A program made the translations under genes and the position numbers. 64,000 nt of DNA from Klebsormidium nitens (lineage: Eukaryota; Plantae; Klebsormidiophyceae). Location of the stretch: NCBI GenBank assembly GCA_000708835.1, contig DF237000.1, positions 210,706 to 274,705 on the forward strand, in the 5' to 3' direction. Below are positions 36,024 to 50,800 of the stretch, piece after piece. Within the stretch, counting starts at the first letter, position 1; every line of letters begins with the position of its first letter. Below the pieces are notes generated by a model. The model was not told the DNA's origin. It ran no database searches and was given only the letters and a program-made list of their open reading frames with translations.

Positions 36024-38837
36024 TTCGGACTCTGGTGCCGGCGTCCTGGTGGCTAAGTGACTATCAGCCGCTTGATGCGCCTTTCTTGCCAAATTGGCTG
36101 GTTGGAGTTTCTGCTGCAGATTCACACCTCCAACAGTCGTTTCGCAGCGCTCAACTTAAGGTGCCAAAGGGGTGCCAACGGCACGGTCGGAGCTGCTGGG
36201 GACCAAAGATATTGCATCATTCACATTAGAATTTAGATAGTATTCAGTGAAAAGGAGGCCGGGTCCTCCTTAGATCACAGTGTGTCTCAGGCTCTGCCAA
36301 TCACAGTCCTGGCTGACATCATTTAGCTAGTCTCGTCACCTTCATCACCTGCGGCCGGCCAGGTGTCGTAGGCCTAATAGCAGCGCCCGGGCGACAACCC
36401 CGAAAGTTGACCCGCGGACTGAAATTGACCGTAACCCGCCAATATTCAGTCGGCAGCTTGGGGCCGCCCATGTCGACCGAGGCCCTGGGGCCTGGCCCCT
36501 GGGCCGTATAACTGAGCGGCCCTAACTGCGGTGACGCGACTGCTCGTACCGGTGCTCGGACTCCGAATCCTGGTGCAAACGACGCAATGACGCATATGTA
36601 TTTAATGGCCATCATGATTAGTCGCTATAGTTACTGCAGTTCCGATGTCTGCGTTCCGCCTGAAAATGCATATTTAATGCAAGTACTGACACTTTAGGAA
36701 TAGGAAGCTTTACGAATAGTATATCACCATTGACCATCCTGGGACGGATAGGGTTAGTTTGGGCCAGTCCGGGTAGGAATATCTGCGGAGCGGGTACTTT
36801 GTATAGGTTAGTATTTTAGAGCTTGGTTAAAGCCTACAGCTTACTACTCTTGAAGTGTCAATGACATGCATCATGCACGACGACAGCGGCCCCGGCCCGT
36901 AAAGCTCGGACTCGAGTCGAAGCCGGCGATGCTGGGCGACATGACACATGCCAGCCTATCACTGGGCCTCAAGGTTCACGCTGCATCACGCATATCTGCC
37001 AGCTCAATCGCCGTAGTCCGTACTACGTAGCGTCCGAAGGCATATCGCTAGGTCGCGGGTTAGAACTCGACTCCATGCCAGCACTCTTTCCTTTTTTGGA
37101 TGTTTCCGGGAAAAACTCGCGTGCTTCACAAAAAGGTTCGTAATAACCAATGAATTGGGGTCGACACCAGATTTCTAAGAATTAAGACGCAAAGCTTTCC
37201 ATGCTCACTAGAACTCGCGCGGCTAATCTACGACTTTGTACGCCTTTCGAGTACAACGATTCTTTTTGACAAAAGCTGCATGCAAATGGGGAAACACAAC
37301 AAGCCATCATAATTGTGTTCACAAGCAGCATTAGGAGCGAGAAGCCATTTGAGGTGTCCGATCAAGACAGGCCGAGCCAAGTTACCGTGCAGAGGGGTTG
37401 CACTACAATTATGAGACAATCTGGCGCATGTCATAGTATTTTATATTGCCATTTTCGTAACGGCCACCGCACATCAACTTTGAGCCTGGTGCTTGCACTC
37501 GGTTCAAACCGTCATGTCCTAGGAGTTGGCAAATTACTATAAGTCAGATTTCGGAACCAGTTGAGACTGGCCCCAGTCCGGATCCGTAATTGTATAAAAC
37601 CTCGATCTGACTCAACTGGGGTGTACGTATATGCATTCAATCTTATCAACTAGTAGCAGCCATCGCACCAACGGCCATCATGGCATTTAGTAGGATACCA
37701 ATGATGCAATTGAATGATGCTTCTTGGGCTGCCATTGATTTGCATCTGGCGTGAGGTTAGTTAACCTCATTGAACAAATCGACGAATATGTACAAGTGTT
37801 AGCTGCTTACAAATTAACCTGATTCGATCAGGTTTGAATGCTTCATAGTCCAGAACGATGTTTCAATGCATGGGACTGGGTGACGTCAAAGGACTTGACA
37901 GACTGCACATCATATATAGAAGTTCACCAGATGAGCATGTCATACCATCTTCCAGGCCAACTTATTGATCGTGACGAGGCCCAATGAAAGCTCAAAGAAA
38001 GCTCAGGGTCAGCGACATGAAACAGAGGACAATCAGGCTTTATGTTGAGTGCGTATCAAGTTCAACTACTATACCCAGGAAAGATGCCCAACAGGCGCCT
38101 GAATCAACCTACAGTGGACGCACAATCAGCGAGATGCACACCCCAGTCAGACCCACTAATCCCGTCGAATGGCGCCCGCTTTCTTTAGCCGCTTCTGCAA
38201 GACAATGACAAAGAACTTAGGATGCGGCAGCAAGAAGCTTCACACTGCACGTCAATGCCGTTTCACAGCGGGCACTCCTTCCAGTCAGTGGTCTTGGCTG
38301 AGCTGGAAACACTCTCTCCTACAGTCTCCCCTTCTGATGTACTGACACAAATCGGAGACCAGGGAAAGACGCATCTTATCGGATGCAGTACCTGATGAAG
38401 AGCTAATTCCATATGTAGAGTCAAGTATCGTCTGCTTTACTTCGCTCCTTAAGTGACTGTAAGATAACGGTTTTGGCCCTATCAAAAATCGGTAATCCTA
38501 AGATCAGCGGGAAAAGCGACTCGCCTACTACAAGCTGGGCCGACACTCTGCGAACTGGCTTTATCATCGAAAGTGCCGCGGCAAAAGCTAGACACCAAGA
38601 TTCATTGAGCTGTACCTGGCCAGCAGGTCAAGCGCACTGAATTGATGAATCAGAAGCGTCGAACCTGAATGACCTCTCACTTGGAAAACAAAGCCAATCG
38701 CTTCCGCTGATGGAATGACCGCTCATTGACGTGGAAATGCAAGTATACTATGCGCGCAACTCGGGACTGACCTTTCGAAAGGGAGACAAACCTGTTTTCT
38801 TTCCTACAAGATCAGACGGTCATCACGATAGCCGTAC

Positions 38838-41800
38838 CTTAGGGACCTCTTCATGCAGTCGCAGGACTTCGTCCACGCCCGCGGCCTCACGCGCATGCAC
38901 CAGCGCGAAAGCCCGCAGCAGCATTGCCTCCGCTTGTCTTTTCTCTTCCGCTTTGTCTTTCTCCTGCTCCAAATCATGCTCAGCCTTTGCTTTCCCGTCA
39001 CCGGACGCCACTGTCAACACGGGACCCAAAACCGAGACCAAGTCCCGATACATCGCGAGGGCTGACTTTAGGACAGACACTGCACGCGCTTTCCATTCCG
39101 GACCCTCGTCTGATTCAGTCAAATTTTTGACTCCTGCGGGTTGCTCCTTGTCGGGGGCTTCCGCTGACGCTCTCTGACTCTGGCTCCTTCCCCCCTCCCC
39201 GAGTTCGCCCTGCTTTCGGGAGTGGCTCCGTGCACCAAGCGCACGCAGCAAGGGGTGGGATTTTCCGGGCGTTTCGACCCCCCCTTCGACGGAGCGCCGC
39301 GACCTACGGGTGGCTGCTGCCACAGGCGAATCCTCTCGACCGCCCCCGACGACAGGTGACAGAATCTTCTGCGTGCTGCCGTCATGAGGTGCCGCCAAGC
39401 TGACACCTGGCGATGTGGGAGCAGAGCCTGCGCCTGTTTCCTTCCCTGGCCCCGCTGCAGCCGTCTGGATTTCCGTCACGTCCGTCCGTTCCGTTTCCGG
39501 CCCCTCGTTCCGTTCTTGTTCCGCTACTCTGCTCCGCTTGGCCGCTCTTGAATCTTCACCCCCCTCCACCGTTGCTGCTGGGTCCGATACTGAGCCCAGC
39601 GTTGGTACGGCAGTCGGCGAATCTCCCCGGTGTCTCTTCGGCCCTTCTAAGCTGGAAGTCGTAGCAGGCGATTTCCCCAGGGTGGCTTCCTCCAATTCCT
39701 CCGACGCCCGCTTGCGCTTCTCTCCCCTCTCCTCTGAGGCCCCTGACACGTGGCGCTCGTCTGCGGCGGCCCCAGACGCTTCATGACGTGCCTCTTTACT
39801 GCCTTCAGAGATTGGCTCCCTCGATGATTGAACCTCCGGCAAACCCTCCCTCACACGAGTCCCCTCCTCACCCTCGTTTGCCGCCTTCTCCGCGTTCCCT
39901 GTTTCTGCTGCGAGTACCTCGCCCGTTCTTCCACCATCCTCCAGCCCTTCCTTGTCCGAAGCCGTGGCTCTGCTGCGCTTCTCCGATTCCGCCAAACCCT
40001 CCAAATCCTCGAGGGTTTCTGCCAGCGCGGCCGCCCAGGCCGCGCTCGCCTTTCGGCAGAGCGCCAAAGTGCCGTTGTCGGCAGTGCAACGGTGGCTGCG
40101 CGAGCGCTTTCGGAGGCGCTCGTAGGCGGCGCCGAGTGCGGGGGCGTTGTGCGCGCGAGCGAGGCTGTCGATGTAAGACGACGAGTATCTGCAGAACGGA
40201 GGGGCTCACTAATCAGGTGACGATGCGAGCACAGTTTGGATCAGAATTGAAGTTTTCTTTTCTCCAAAGTGACTAGTCGATGCTCTTCAATATTGCACTC
40301 TTTGGAGATGACTCTGCTTGGCCGCGGGGCAGGAGTCAGTACGCCGGGAAAGCATTCGCTGTTTTTTTGTCGTCCGCGGCACATTCTGCACCCGACGCTC
40401 CTGACGGAATTTCGGCTGTCCGAATCAGATTGACGTAACGACACCCATTTGTAAGTAGCAGAGTGCAGATGAGTGGCGACTGATCACCTGAAAAAGTCCT
40501 CTTCCTGGACGCCCGCAATCGGCTCTCGCAGCTCCCGTCCGAGTTTCACCTCTTCTAGCGCTTTCAGGACCGTGGCTTTCCAGTTGCCCGCGTTCTCCAG
40601 CCATACGCCGAACGCTTGCTCCAGGAGAGGTTTGAGGGTTTCGGCGCCGGGGCGCAGCTGGGCGCGCCGAATGGCGGCCGCGAGGACGGCGACGTACAGG
40701 CCCATGGCGAGCTGGGCCAGGTCGCTCAGGAAGAAGGAGTACTGTGGGGAGAAACAGGCCGGTTAAGGAGCCAGGGTCATCAAACCGGATTAAGGATGGC
40801 AAGTCTGTTCAAGTTGAAAGCTTGAATAGGAAGCTTGAGTGGCTTCATGTCGAACCACAGTTCATCCTATCGTACCTCTCTGTCAATCCCGCGTCCCTTT
40901 CTGCATTTCCGTCCATCACTCAGTTGCTTTTGTTGGTTGCGCAGATATTGTCGTGCGTGCTCAAGCCCTGTCAGCCCGCACAGTCGCGGGTACAGCGGTG
41001 GCATATCAACACCTCTCCCTTCCGTTTTTGTTTGGAAGGTATACTACCTCCCCTACTACTTTCTCAACTTCTGATCTGTGCGCAAAAGTGCGCTTTGCGC
41101 TTGAGCTATCTGAACGTGACCTCAGCACGTATAGCCGCAGACACGGAAAGAGCATGCATGTGTTCCCTTTCGTCCCTTTGACCATTCGACTTTAGTTTCC
41201 GTGTTTCCCCGTTCTCACCTTCTTGTAGGTGCGCGCAAAACGTGCCCCGTCCGCTCGACCGCCCCCCCAGTCTGACGTCAGCCGCACAGCCTTAGATGCA
41301 TCATCATCATACAACCTATGTTTCTCTTTCCCTCTCAATTTTGCAATCCTCGCTTTTGATTCTCACCTTCTTGTCGGTGCGCAAGAAGTGCGCCGCGCGC
41401 TCGAGCGCCTCCCAGTCTGACGTCAGCTCGCACAGCCGCAGGTACAGCATCAGGTACTTGCGCACGCACGTGGCGAACTTGCGCGCGCTCTCCGCCAGGC
41501 TCTGCTCCACGTGGACCCTGCGGCCACACGGCAGCGTCGCCGCCTTCCTGCACGCGTTTGGGGAGGTTTTGGGGTTTGGACAGGGGAATTCATGCAAAAT
41601 AGTTGACAATTAGGAGATTAAAAACAAGGTCTCAAGACCTGTGAACGGTTTTGGGCTGAGGTTCGGGTGAGGAGCGGAGACTCACAGTCGAGACAAAATT
41701 GAAAGAACTTGGGGAAGGCCTAGAGGGAAGCACGGGTTTTTAGAAACAATTCTTGCGTAAGGGTCCTGGGAAAGGTTCAGGGCTCAGAGCTCCTAATCTC

Positions 41801-44800
41801 TAGCACCGGCTTCGAACTGGGGTTGAGAAGCGAGGGGAGTTCGAGCAACGTATTTTTTATTGCGACTGAAGCCTGCGTATGAACCAGTTAGAACATTGCT
41901 GACTTGCCAATCCATGAAGATGGCTCCAGGTTTGTCAACAGCGTAACGGCTCCTCGGCCATTTGAAATATTAATGCTTGAGAAGCTAAAGATTGTGCTTC
42001 GCCATAGGTAGACGAACTCCATTATCCAAAGGCAAAAAAAGCGCCGCAATCAACCGCTCACTTCTTCTTCTGCGCGTCCAGCTCCCACACGTTCACGCAG
42101 AAGGCCCCCTTGGCCGTCCGGAAGAAAAACTCCAGCTCGGTCTTCGCCGCGTCCACCGCCGCCCGCTCTAGTTCCCCCCCTGCCCCCACCAGCAAAGCAT
42201 GCGCCACGCGAAAGCGCGCCTTGTGAAAGTGCTTCAGCTCGTTGAAGATGCAGAACCGCAGCCCGGCGACCGCGTCCTCGTGCAAAACCCTCCAAACCTC
42301 GGCCAGGGGCGCGCTCGCGGCCGGCTTCGCGTCTTCGTGCGAAAGTCTCGAAATCTCGGCCGGCGGGGCGGCCGCGGCCGGCTTCGCGTCGCCCGATCGC
42401 CTTCCCTCGTTTTCGACATCCGTGTCTGTGACTTCCGGACCAGTTGCGCGGATCTCCGGGCGCTTCTCGTCGACGTCCGTACCAGCCTCTCCGGTCCCCA
42501 CTTGTATATCGGCTCCCCCTTCGACTTCCATCAGTCCAGCGCGTTTCTCTAACAAGTCCGCTTCACCAATCATGTCAGGAGTCTCCATAGACTCCATACG
42601 AATCTCCATTCTCTCGTCTGCGCCCTGAGTATTTACCTGAACACCTGCCGGCGAACTCTTCTCAACATTCGTTTCCTCGTCTTGAGCTTCCTTCTCCAAA
42701 CTCTTTCCGCCGCTTTTCTGCACAGTCTCCTCAAGCGCTTTCCCCTCTCCCGCTTTCTCCTCGTCGCTCTGTTCTCCAACATAAGGGCCCCGCACTTCCG
42801 CCTTCATCGCTAACCCCCGCAGCTTGCGCGCCGTCGCCGGCAAGAAACAGTGCCTCGCAACCGCCTTCAAACCCTCCCACACGTCCGACTCTCCGCCCGC
42901 TCCCTTTCCTGCATCTGCCGACGGCATTTCCTTTGACGTCAGCGCCCCTTCTGACGTCAGCTGCTCTCCTGACGTCAACCCACCGTCCAAAACCCGTAGA
43001 TCCTGGATCGCTGACCACGTCACCGGACGCGAGCGGAGCTCGCAGAGCAGTTTTGCGCGGGAGGCGTGTAGGCGGTAGACCGGGAGGACAACTAGACCGG
43101 CGGAATCGGACGCCCGGCCGTACAGGTCCAGCGCTTCGGACGTGGGGCGTCCGAGCTTTTGGGAGAGGCGGCCAAGGGGGATCAGCAGCTCCCAGTCGTT
43201 GCTGCGCGAGGCACATAAAGAGCTCTGAATATCAGTTCCAGTGGTCTTTTGGAGTGATTCAAGCTGCTGCTGTTAAGGAAGACTGCCGCTGTAGCTCCAA
43301 CTTGTTTGAGGCTGCTGTTAGTGAAGACCGTAGCTCGTGGCGTCTGGAACGGACTATCGAGAAGCGACATTGGCCTCGTCATACCATTTCGCGGACTGAA
43401 CGGGACATATAGCCATCTGGAAAGCTGGAAAAGACGAGTCGCTGTTACACATGGAGCAACGTGCTTGAGTCAATTGAGCGTGAAAAGAGGGGATGCGCAT
43501 AATCGACCCAACCCGTCCAAAGAAAGAGGTGTCTAAAAACCAACTGACTTGTGTCCTTACGAATACAACAAAGTCTTAAAAATGGATGAACACCCGGTCC
43601 CAGCTCACAGGAGTCGTAAATAAATCAAAGGAAAGTCAAACGGGCAAGCTCACCTGCATACGTAGCTCCGCTCGAAGTGCCCCAATGCTTCTGAGCAGAG
43701 GGCGCGCCACGTGTCGTCCCTGGGGAGCTGGATGCGGCGCTGGTCGGAGAGGGGCACCACGTCCTGGATGACGTCATACAGGACCGAGCCGTTCCACCGC
43801 TCTAGCTCGTACTGCAAAACAAGAGAGGGGAAGACACGTCAGATCAAGCGAACCAGCGGGCGGCTTTAAACGGTTCGAAAAGATGAGTTACAGAAGTGCC
43901 AGATTCGTGTACTGGTGAAAATCTGTGAATGACAAGGCCTTGTGAGGGTTGGAAAGGGTTAGCGTTGCCCCGTCAAGCAATCAGAAGAGCTCTCTGTGGC
44001 CTTATAGAGCCGGGAAGGCTGGCTTATCGCGGCTGTTACGACAGCGACGCACGCATCACGTTGGTATTTGGCGTGGGCACTGCCAAATTGAAACACGCCA
44101 AGACTAATGCCTTTTCGAGAATCGTTTTGCAAAGTTTGTTTCTGGAGATCAAACGTCCTACTTTAACTGTACAAGCCTTTGGCAACTTGCGGCCCTGCCG
44201 ATCCCGCACTACTCTTCAAGATTCGTTGACAGCTCTTCTCTTACCTTCCTCCCCATCCCGGCAGCGGCTTCCTCAAAAATCTAGCATCGCACGTCCACAG
44301 TCTATCCTCTTCTCCTGAGAGAAGTTTGATCTCGTACAACCAGCGTCTTCCCTAAGTCTCTCACAGCTTGCTTTTGAACGCTAATCAGCTGCTGTGAAGC
44401 TCACCTTTTTGTCTGCAGTCGGGGCAAGCGCCAGGGCCGTCAAACTGGCTTGCCGGCACGCCTTCCGGACGGGACTGTCTTCGTCTGTCAACCCCTGATT
44501 GTTCGCTAGCATCCGTACTTGAGTAATCTGAATGATGTCTGAAGCTTACCTTTCGGTGTCTCAAGCTCACTTTTCGGTGTCTCAAGCTCACCTTTTTGTC
44601 TTCCGTCGGGGCAAGCGCCAGTGCCCGCAAGCTGGCTTGCCGGCACGCCTTCCGGCCGCTAGCGACCCGGGCCATGCGAGACGGGTCTTCCCGCCACTGC
44701 TGAGCGGTGAACTGCTTGCCGCCGTCGTTTAACAGAAGGTCCACCTCCTGAAAGCACAGGAACAGCTACTTGGAAAGCGTACTTGCGTTGATGGACCGAG

Positions 44801-47800
44801 GAATCACGTTGCCAAAAGGCGACTGATGGTGAAGAACAGGCGGAAACGCCGTCCCTGTGCCTGAAGTGCACAAGGAACACGAGCACTTCCCTGGGTTACG
44901 ATAAGCAACATACGAACTGGAACGGTCGCCTTCTTCACGGTCGATTCTTGAGAACAAGCCACTTTAAAAAGAAAGCCCAATCAGACACTGCGTTTCGCTT
45001 CTTTGAGGTGTGAGCTGTGATGATTGGATAAAGTCAGGTTTAGGAAACGCAGGCTGACCGACGGTAGAGGAAAGGGCGCAAGTTTTGACTTGGAAGCGAC
45101 AACGCAACCCTCCATTGAGTCCGCAATTTCCGCACCTCATCGTAGATCTCTGCGAGTCTCTCCCAGCTCGCCAGCCGCTGCGGGTGGTAGCACAGGTCGT
45201 ACTTGTAGTAGCTCTGCATTCTGTCAAAGTACCGCCGCCCCTCGTCGCTCAGTGCAAACCCGGGGGCTTCCAACCCCGCGTTAATCTCCTCGACCTGAGC
45301 CAGTAGGAAGTAGAGTTTCGAGTACACCTCAGCGAAAGGCCCCGCCTTTCGGACGTCCGCGGCCGCCTTTCGGATGTCCGCATCCGCCGTTCGGACGCCT
45401 TCCACACCCCTATGGACGCCGTCCGGCAGTATCCGGACGGGTTGCGGCGCCGTTCTGACGGCCTCCGGCGGATTCCGGACACCTTCTATCGACGTTTGGA
45501 CGCCGTCCGAAGCCGCTCGGACGCTGTCGTCAAACGTGACCGTCCGCTGTGTTGCTGTTTGGACGGCATCTCGGGGGATTCCAGGGGATGTGGCCGTCCC
45601 AGTGTGAACAGGCTCTCTCTCCGGGCGGCCGCTTTCTGGCGAGGTTGAGGGCGAAAGCGCCAACCGTAGACTGGCTGGCTTCACGGAGCTCCCGGTAGTC
45701 TCTCTACCGGTATTCCCTTTTACCTGAGAACTCTGAACCACCGCACCCTTTTGCCCCGGGAAAGCTTGCCCTTGCACGGTGCCAACAGCAGGGGCGGCTC
45801 CGGTTGACTGGAGTTCCGCTTGTCCGCCAACGGAGCCCAACGGAACCTTGCCTTCGAGGAAGGGCTCGACGGAGAAGCGGGCGAGGACCTCCGGGGGGGG
45901 CTGGGGGAACTGCTTGTGGATGGCCTGGAGAACTTCCTGGAGATGGGCCTTCAGCCGGTCGGGCTGCAAAAGAAAACCGTAGACTTATGAAGGCAGTCGG
46001 GAGAGGTTTCCGGGGCGATTAATGAAGGGCTTGCTACGACGACGTTGGATGTCGTCAGAAACAAAGGTAATGGACACATGGAACAAACGCAGCCGAAAGT
46101 TTCAGGTCGGCTTCGTCCACTTCATCCGGTCATTACTGATTGCTATAGTGGGGCATCTATAGATAAAAGTGAGGCGCAGGTACAGACGTTGATGAGCGTC
46201 TCGTACAGACAGTGGTGGAAGTCCTCGATCTAGAAGAGGCGCCATTATAGTTACCAGGTTTTGAAGACAACATTTCAGATATTGAGAAACCTGGATGCAC
46301 GTACTCAGATGGCCACCTCTGCAGCGAAGCGGGCTTGGAGTCACTCCTAGAAAGCAGAGACGATGCCCGCTGGAGCCACCGGCTCGTTCGCCCAGAATTT
46401 CAAAGACGACTCGAGAATTGGGCAAAGGGATGCTTCCGGAAACGGAGACTGCTTCCCATACGTCCAACACGCTTCTTTTATCTAATCAGGAAGGCTAGCA
46501 AACTATCAAGAAGGAACCTTCCAACGGAATGACTGATTCGCAGTTTTCTCTAGATCTAAGCTTGTGCTTACCGAGCAGCTCTCAGCATAGGGCACGATGT
46601 ACCGCATCACCTCCGCGCACTGCTCCTGCGTACCGAAGTCGCCCTTGCTCGTGTTCTCGTGCTTCTCCAGTTTCGGCTGCCCGGCCCCCTCCTGCAGATT
46701 TAGACCGTACAGGCAGAAAAAGGCCTGGTTTAGCTCCGCTGCTAACCCAGTCTCCCTCCTTAACCCCGCCAGAATCTCGTCGCCATTTTCCGACTCGTCC
46801 GCGTTTCCGTTAAGCGTTCCACCCGCAACCCCGATCGGACTTCCGTCAAGGTTTCCGTTGGAGAGTCCGTCCAAGTTCTGGGCGGACCTTCCATCCGCAA
46901 CTCTGTCCGCATCCACTACCGTCGATCCGTCCGGTGCTTTGACTGGACTAGCATCCGCCCTCGAGAACCGGATCTGTCTCTGAGACGCGCTTCTTTCAAG
47001 CCGCTTCTTAGCGGGCCCCAGCCGCTCTTTCCCGAACCGGCCCGCATCCGGTGAATCTGGACCGTAGAATCTTGCATCCGACAGCGGGGAATCCCCGCCG
47101 GTTCCCAGGCGCAACCGCTTCACTCGACCGGGACTCTCCCCGCCCTCTAGTTTGCGCTTCGCACCCGCTCTCGCCTCCTCCCCGCTCGCAACCTCCGCGC
47201 CTTCCCTGACGTCAGCGTCTCGTTTGGCGCCCACAAGCGCCGCTAGCCGCGCATCGAGGCCGGTCAAAAGCTGAATTGCCATCTTGAGAAACGGCGCCCC
47301 GCCGTCTCCAGCGCAACAGAGCCCTTTGTCCGCGAGCAGCCGGTGCGCGCTCGCGAGCAGAGCGACCTGCTGCGACACGGCCGCCGATTCCGCCGGAATC
47401 TGCGCCCCAGCGGGCGGACTCTGCTTCCCGCCGAGCAGAGTTAGGTGTTGCAACCGGCAGAACGCGACGAGGCCGTCGATGAGCATGGTGCTGTCTGATC
47501 GGGCGGCGGTAGCGGGCTTCGGTTTGGATAGCCGCCCGGAGGTGTACAGTTTGGCAACGATGTCGAGGAGCAGCCGTTGAAGCGGGGCAAAGTGCTCCGC
47601 ACCAAGCCCTGCAACAGACTGCAGAAAAGGAGGGATGAGTGAGGCAATACGTCTTAACAACTCCTGAAAATTGGACTTCTGGCGACTCTGCATACTTGCC
47701 AGGAGCCCGCCCTGGATGACAAACTCATTACAAAGTAACCAGCGGGACCTTCTTTGAAATGCGTAGAGTAATGGCTCCATAGATTGCATACAACAAGAAT

Positions 47801-50800
47801 TATTGGATCCTCCTTAGCTTCTGTATAGCAGCCGTTCCGACGGAATGCTGCAGCTGAACAGGTGCAAAATGGGTTGATCCAACAACATCAGGACCACTCT
47901 TTCCTAAACCTCCACTCCCGCGAACCCTTTCGAACTGGTGCCCAACGCCCACAACAAAAGTAGAAGCACTAAACAGGCAAGCTTCCATCATTTTTGAAAT
48001 TCTACACAGACGTTCCACAAGGACATAAAGAGGGCAACCACCATGTTTCTGGTTTAAGCGCATCGTTTGCATGTCGATTCTTTGCTCATAAGGATATAAA
48101 GCATCTCTACCAAGGCCTACCTTCGACCGCGCCTTTCTCCACGCTTCTCGCAGCCCTTGCGCGCATACCCCCACCGCCCGCAGCTCCGCTCCGATCAGCC
48201 GCCCCACCCGCTGCATTCTCTCCGCACGTTCCTCCACCGAGCCTCCCCCCAAAACACCAGCCGCTCCTACCCCCCCGAACACCCCTTCGATGTCAAACTC
48301 CAGCCACGCCTCCCGGCTCCCGTCCAACCACCCGCTGACACGCGCCAGGATTTCCAAAACCTCCCCCCGTGCACGCAGCTCCGTCGGTAGATACCCCGGC
48401 CCCCCTTTCCGGCACGCATCCAGCAGCGCGCGCAGCGCCTCCAGTCTCCGCCGCGTGTCCAGGGCCGGCGGGTGCCTGCTGACGTCAGCAACGAGAGTTT
48501 TCGAGGGGGCGGACTTCGTAGCGCCGGCCTCGGCAGAGATCCCCTGGCGCGGCACCTCGTTGCTGACGTCATCAGGGGTCCCCCGGCCTGGCGCTCCATT
48601 GCGGACGTCTGCGGGCGTCATCCGGCCCGGAATATTCACACCGCCTCGGCTGACGTCAGCGGAAGGTGGATCGATGTCATCCGGTGCCTCCCAGCCAGGA
48701 AGCACGACCGGCGCCAGGAGACAGACGAGGCCTTCGGAGTCCCCGGCCTCGCGCAGCGCCGCGACTGAGCGCGTCAGCAGCTCGTCCGTCTCTAGTTCCT
48801 GCAGCTTCCCTCGGACGTCCGAAAGGGCGAGCGTTGGACGCCGAAGGCCGCAGCCCAGCTGAAGCGTCTCAGGGGCGCCACGTGGCAGGCTCTGTGACGT
48901 CAGCTGGGGTGTCGGAGTTGACACCTTGTTGTCTTCGCGACCCTTGAGCTGACCGCCAGGGAACGTGGGAGACTCCACATCCATAGGCGATGAGATTCCA
49001 TCAACGCCTTTTTCTCCGGCCTTTCCGGCTAACTCTGCGGCTGCGTTAGCCTCCTCTGTTTGCACGTCTGCTGACGTCGTAAGTTCCATAAGCTTTGCAC
49101 ACTCGTGCACGCACTCGATGCCCCGTGCGCGCTTCCCTTCCAGGAACGCCAGCCTCGACGCCGCCCACTGAAACTTCGCCCAGAACCGCCAATCGAGCGC
49201 ATTTACACTCTCCTCTATGGCCCACCCGCCTGCTCCTCTCCCGGCTGACGTGTCATCCGCATTCCGGTCAGTCTCTCCCCCTTCCCGGGGCGGTCCTTCC
49301 CCGGGTTGCAGAACCCCCCCAAACTCGATCCCCTCCTCCGCATTCCTGACGGCCCACCACTCCACCACCTCGCACAGGCACCGGTTCCCCTCCCTCGCCG
49401 CAGCTTCCGTCCTCTCCCTTGAGCTTTCCGGCGTCTCCCCGTCCTCTCGCTTTTCCGCCCGGTCTAGATGCAGCTGCGCCAGCCAGAGGCTGCACTGCGG
49501 CGACCGCTCCGCCCCCCAGTTTCGCATCAGCGACTCGACCAATAACAGTGCGTCGATTGAGGTAGAGTCTAACGCCACGTCAGCTCTTGCCGCCAGCTGT
49601 TCTAACAAGCGGGGCCCGACATCGAGCGCCCCGCTGTTAGCTTCTACCGCATCCAGAAACGCCTCAAAACCTGCTGACGTCGAGAGCGGGGCGTCCACTG
49701 CGTTCCGCTTCCCATCTTTAAAGGTCGCCTCACCTTGCCCCGTCTCTATCTGACCTTCCCCCTGCTTGCTTTGCTCAACACCCCCCTTGCCATTTGTTTC
49801 TCCGTTTGTGATGCTTTTTGAGCCGTCCGCAGCTCCAGTAACTTTCGAACCCTGACCAGGACCGCCGACCACAAACCGCCCCAAAGTCGCCCACACATCT
49901 TTTGGCTCTGGCGCTTCCGCCTCTTTCCTGACTGCCTCTTTCTTCTTTCCATCCACCTTCTTCTCTTTCTCTTTCGAACCCCGCTCTCTCAGCGCACGAG
50001 TCATGCGCCGCTCTCGCTTCTCCGCACCCCCCTCCCGCCCTTTTGCTTTGGTCGGTGAAACTACCCGGGCGCTTTCATTTTTTTCCCGGCCCTCGTTTGG
50101 TCTAACGACAGCTGTCCCTCCGGTCCCGTCCTTTGGCTCACCCCCCGAATCCACACCCTGCTCAGGAGACCCCGCAGAAGCTTGCTCCAAATCAATTACA
50201 ATTGTCCCCTCTAAAAGAGTCACGGCTTCCACTACTTGGGCGGTATGTTCCGCACTACCTTCTACACCGTTTTTAGGAAGCTCTTCTTTCGTATCTATCT
50301 GATCTGCTGCCTTACATGACGTTTCCGCTGCCTCAGTCACAACCGCATCGAGCGCCCTTTCCCCTTCCTTCTCTCCCGCAGACCGAGACGCACCGCCTGC
50401 TTCTACACCTTGCAGTTCTACGTCGTTAAGCTTTTCCGGCTCGTTTCCAGGTTCTACCTTTCCGCTTTCCGCTCTGTCCGGGACCTGGGCCGGGCTTGAA
50501 GCGACGTTAAGGGTCGCTGCGGAAGGAACGGTTACGGGCTCCGTAATCTTTGCTTGCATATCTCGCCCTAAGTCACCCCCCTTCGCAATTTCGAACACGA
50601 GAGGCGTCTGCAGCGTCCAGGCGCGACCTTCGATCCCCGTCACGCCAGTTCTCGTACTTTTGATTCCGTTCTTCTCCGTTCCGTTCGTTTCTCCCTCGTC
50701 ACCTTGCGCTTCCCCTCTGTTAAGGCCGGCAGGTCTGCCCTCTCCCGGCAGGCTCAACGGATTGTCACCACCGGAGGCCCTGTCACTCGCAGTGGCCAAA

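Noticed and set aside
37543-37621. Small inverted repeat (CCAGTTGAG...CTCAACTGG)
   Set aside because: Short stem with no TSD or family evidence; within chance expectation.
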